IMG/VR virus record: IMGVR_UViG_3300006802_000110
Coordinates: 1 to 57,798 of that record
Source: a virus
Lineage: Duplodnaviria > Caudoviricetes
Strand: one strand, 5' to 3'
DNA length: 57,798 nucleotides
In this document: piece after piece, positions 55,346 to 57,798 of the stretch
How positions within the stretch are numbered: position 1 is the first letter of the stretch
How the letters are laid out: each line of letters opens with the position of its first letter
Made by a program: the position numbers and the translations under genes
The notes under the pieces: generated by a model
What the model saw: the letters and a program-made list of their open reading frames with translations, nothing else
Told to the model about the DNA's origin: nothing
Databases searched by the model: none

Positions 55346-57798
55346 ATGGCATATTATGACACAATACAGTTTGTAGGGGCTGGCACACCAGCATCAGGTA
55401 ATAATGCGTCCGTAACTCCTGAATTACCTACTGGACTTGATATAACCGATGATGTCATGGTTGCCTTCGTACATATACGTGACGAAGTTGGACAAATTGG
55501 TACACCATCTGGCTGGACACTAATTGGTAGTCAAAGTAGAGCAAATAGTAGAACGGGGGCATGGTATCGCGTTTATCAGAGCGGTGATACCGCCCCCACA
55601 TTTACATTTACTGGTGGTGGAGCCGGTGACGATACAATAGGTGTTATTGCGGCGTATCGGAATGTTAATACGACAAATCCCATTACAGGGAGTTTTGTAG
55701 GATCAAACAATAATACAATAGACATTGGACCATTGACTGAGTTGGGAGCACATCAGACCGGATCAATGGTTGTTGCCTTTGGTGGTCGCGCAAACGATCC
55801 AGAAGGAAACAGTGCGCCACTTTCCGCACTATCAGGATATACACTTGCCGCAGAAGCACCATCTCTTCTTGGAACCGATGCATATTTAACGGCACATCAT
55901 AAATTAAGTAATGGTGAAGCAACTGGTAATTTGACTATCGCCATACGAACCACGGATGCAACTGCCCGAAACTGGACCGGTGGTATCTTTGCACTAGCTC
56001 CGAAAGAAGAAACTGGGGATCGTCCAGCAGGAATATATTATGATAATGCAATAGCTAGTGCATCTGCGGCTGCACCATTTAGCTCAAGTATATTTTCCTA
56101 TAATTTTACGGTAGCAGACAATCCAAACAGATTGCTAGTTGTTAGTGTTGGGAACGAAGCATCAATATATGTGTCTGCATCTGGAATTACCTATGGTGGT
56201 CAAAATCTAACAAAAATAGGTTCAATTACTGCCGGGCAAAATACATCAGATAATGTGGCAGAACTTTGGTATTTGTTAGATCCTCCCACTGGATCAAATA
56301 CGTTAACAGTAACATTCAGTAGCAATGCTATTAGTGGAGTCGGGGTTGGAGCATTGTCGTTATATGGAGTGAAACAACAAGCTCCAGAAGCGGCAGTATC
56401 AAGTAGTCGGGCTCCGGGAACTGCCGGCACAACGTATAGTACAAACATCACAACGATAACAAATAATGCGTGGGTGGTTGACACAATAACACATGGTTCA
56501 AGCACGGCAGTATTTACACCAACTGGATCTCGAATAGAATCATATGACATTGCTGCGGTTGGAGCAGTTAAGGTGGCAGGTAGTTATGGTGAAGTTACTA
56601 CCGCAGGAACAACTGCTGTTTCATGGAGTTATCAACCCACACTGGGTACAGATGCAGGATTGGGTCATGTAGTTGCTGCGTTTGCTCCGGAAGTCGGTGT
56701 TACTCCGTCTCCAACGCCCTCGCCCACGCCAAGCGTTAGCGTTACTCCGTCAGTAACTCCTAGTATCTCAATTACGCCATCGATCACAAGCACGCCGAGT
56801 ATTACACCAAGCATCAGCATTACGCCAAGTGTCACGCCTAGCGTTTCCACAACGCCAAGCATCAGCATTACGCCAAGCACTTCCATTACGCCGAGTGTCA
56901 CGCCAAGTGTCAGTATTAGCCCAAGTATTACCCCGTCAATTACGGTCACACCGTCAGTTACACCGACCACGCTTCAAATAGAAGAATACTATAATACAAC
57001 CATTATTGATTTTCTGTTCAACGAACCGGCACCGACACCAACACCAACGCCGAGTATTAGTATCACACCAAGTGTTACCCCATCAATAACGCCAAGTGCA
57101 ACGCCAAGTATTTCCATTACGCCGAGTATCAGTATTACACCAAGCGTATCTATAACTCCAAGTACCACACCAAGCATCAGCGTTACGCCAAGTATTTCCA
57201 TTACCCCAAGTATTAGTATCAGTCCATCAGTAACGCCAAGTATTACCCCAAGTATCACGCCAAGTATAACGCCGAGCATCAGTATCACGCCAAGCATTAG
57301 TATCACGCCAAGTGTCACGCCTAGCATTTCTATCACGCCGAGCATCAGTATCACGCCGAGTATCAGTATCACGCCAAGCGTGACACCGAGCGTTTCGATC
57401 ACGCCGAGTATCAGTATCACGCCAAGCGTGACACCGAGCGTTTCGATCACGCCAAGCATCAGTATCACGCCAAGCGTTACACCAATTATTACATTTGCAC
57501 TACGATTGACTCGTGGTGACGGTTCAACAACGGGTAATATCGCATTGCAAAGATGGACCGGCTTCCTGTGGTCCACGGTAGCATCAAGAACCTCTACGGG
57601 TACCACAAACGTAACGGTCAATGCTGGTACTGAATACCGCGTGGTGATTACTGCAACTTCGAAGTCATATATGAAGGGTATATTCTATCGCGTCGATGGC
57701 GTGACACAAGTGAGTTCCTTAAGTTGTACTGGCCCAACAACAACCCAAACCTTGGGCGGATCAGGACCAAACGGTGGATACGTCATGCAAGCAGGTGA
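55346..57798 (+). CDS. Tail-fibre/surface protein with mucin-like TPS repeats; runs off the right end
   Basis: Not in the ORF track. MAYYDTIQFVGAG...; the frame was open wherever checked (start, about 56,940-57,040, window end). Beta domains are followed by two TPSISITPSVTPS blocks. Confidence 0.85.
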   Translation, partial: MAYYDTIQFVGAGTPASGNNASVTPELPTGLDITDDVMVAFVHIRDEVGQIGTPSGWTLIGSQSRANSRTGAWYRVYQSGDTAPTFTFTGGGAGDDTIGVIAAYRNVNTTNPITGSFVGSNNNTIDIGPLTELGAHQTGSMVVAFGGRANDPEGNSAPLSALSGYTLAAEAPSLLGTDAYLTAHHKLSNGEATGNLTIAIRTTDATARNWTGGIFALAPKEETGDRPAGIYYDNAIASASAAAPFSSSIFSYNFTVADNPNRLLVVSVGNEASIYVSASGITYGGQNLTKIGSITAGQNTSDNVAELWYLLDPPTGSNTLTVTFSSNAISGVGVGALSLYGVKQQAPEAAVSSSRAPGTAGTTYSTNITTITNNAWVVDTITHGSSTAVFTPTGSRIESYDIAAVGAVKVAGSYGEVTTAGTTAVSWSYQPTLGTDAGLGHVVAAFAPEVGVTPSPTPSPTPSVSVTPSVTPSISITPSITSTPSITPSISITPSVTPSVSTTPSISITPSTSITPSVTPSVSISPSITPSITVTPSVTPTTLQIEEYYNTTIIDFLFNEPAPTPTPTPSISITPSVTPSITPSATPSISITPSISITPSVSITPSTTPSISVTPSISITPSISISPSVTPSITPSITPSITPSISITPSISITPSVTPSISITPSISITPSISITPSVTPSVSITPSISITPSVTPSVSITPSISITPSVTPIITFALRLTRGDGSTTGNIALQRWTGFLWSTVASRTSTGTTNVTVNAGTEYRVVITATSKSYMKGIFYRVDGVTQVSSLSCTGPTTTQTLGGSGPNGGYVMQAG
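56700..57485 (+). repeat. Coding tandem repeats of 12/18-nt units (TPSV / TPSISI)
   Basis: Recurrent ACGCCAAGCATCAGTATC-like units in two blocks. Confidence 0.9.

Noticed and set aside
56200-57621. Minus-strand GVILML/GVT-repeat ORFs, or a CRISPR-like array
   Set aside because: Antisense shadows of the TPS coding repeats, with no unique spacers. No CRISPR array was seen anywhere in the window.

Overview
A 57.8-kb segment of a large, probably jumbo, T4-like/myovirus phage genome using the standard genetic code. Bases 1-16,084 are transcribed leftward. They hold 14 tRNA-like genes (none with encoded CCA) interleaved with lipoprotein and secreted-protein genes, a putative envelope operon (two CsgG-like paralogs, a cohesin/dockerin protein, an Ig-like lipoprotein, a predicted beta-barrel protein), a GH19 endolysin and a secreted nuclease. 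From about 16,130 transcription is rightward: early/host-takeover genes (metallophosphoesterase, GreA, tmRNA, HNH nucleases, HD hydrolase, Hsp20, UvsE, GT2, IMPDH/GMPR, a gp55-like late sigma factor), then a baseplate/tail module, a resolvase, primase, a fused but frameshifted SbcD-SbcC, and a mucin-like Thr-Pro-Ser repeat virion protein. The most interesting signals are the 6.1-11.4 kb envelope operon, a chimeric tRNA-His/Met direct repeat, a tRNA-Ser with ACT anticodon, a tRNA-Asn with a long variable arm, a 21-aa six-cysteine micropeptide behind hsp20, and a TAYTTATA late-promoter-like motif. All protein family calls come from motif recognition by eye, not database searches.
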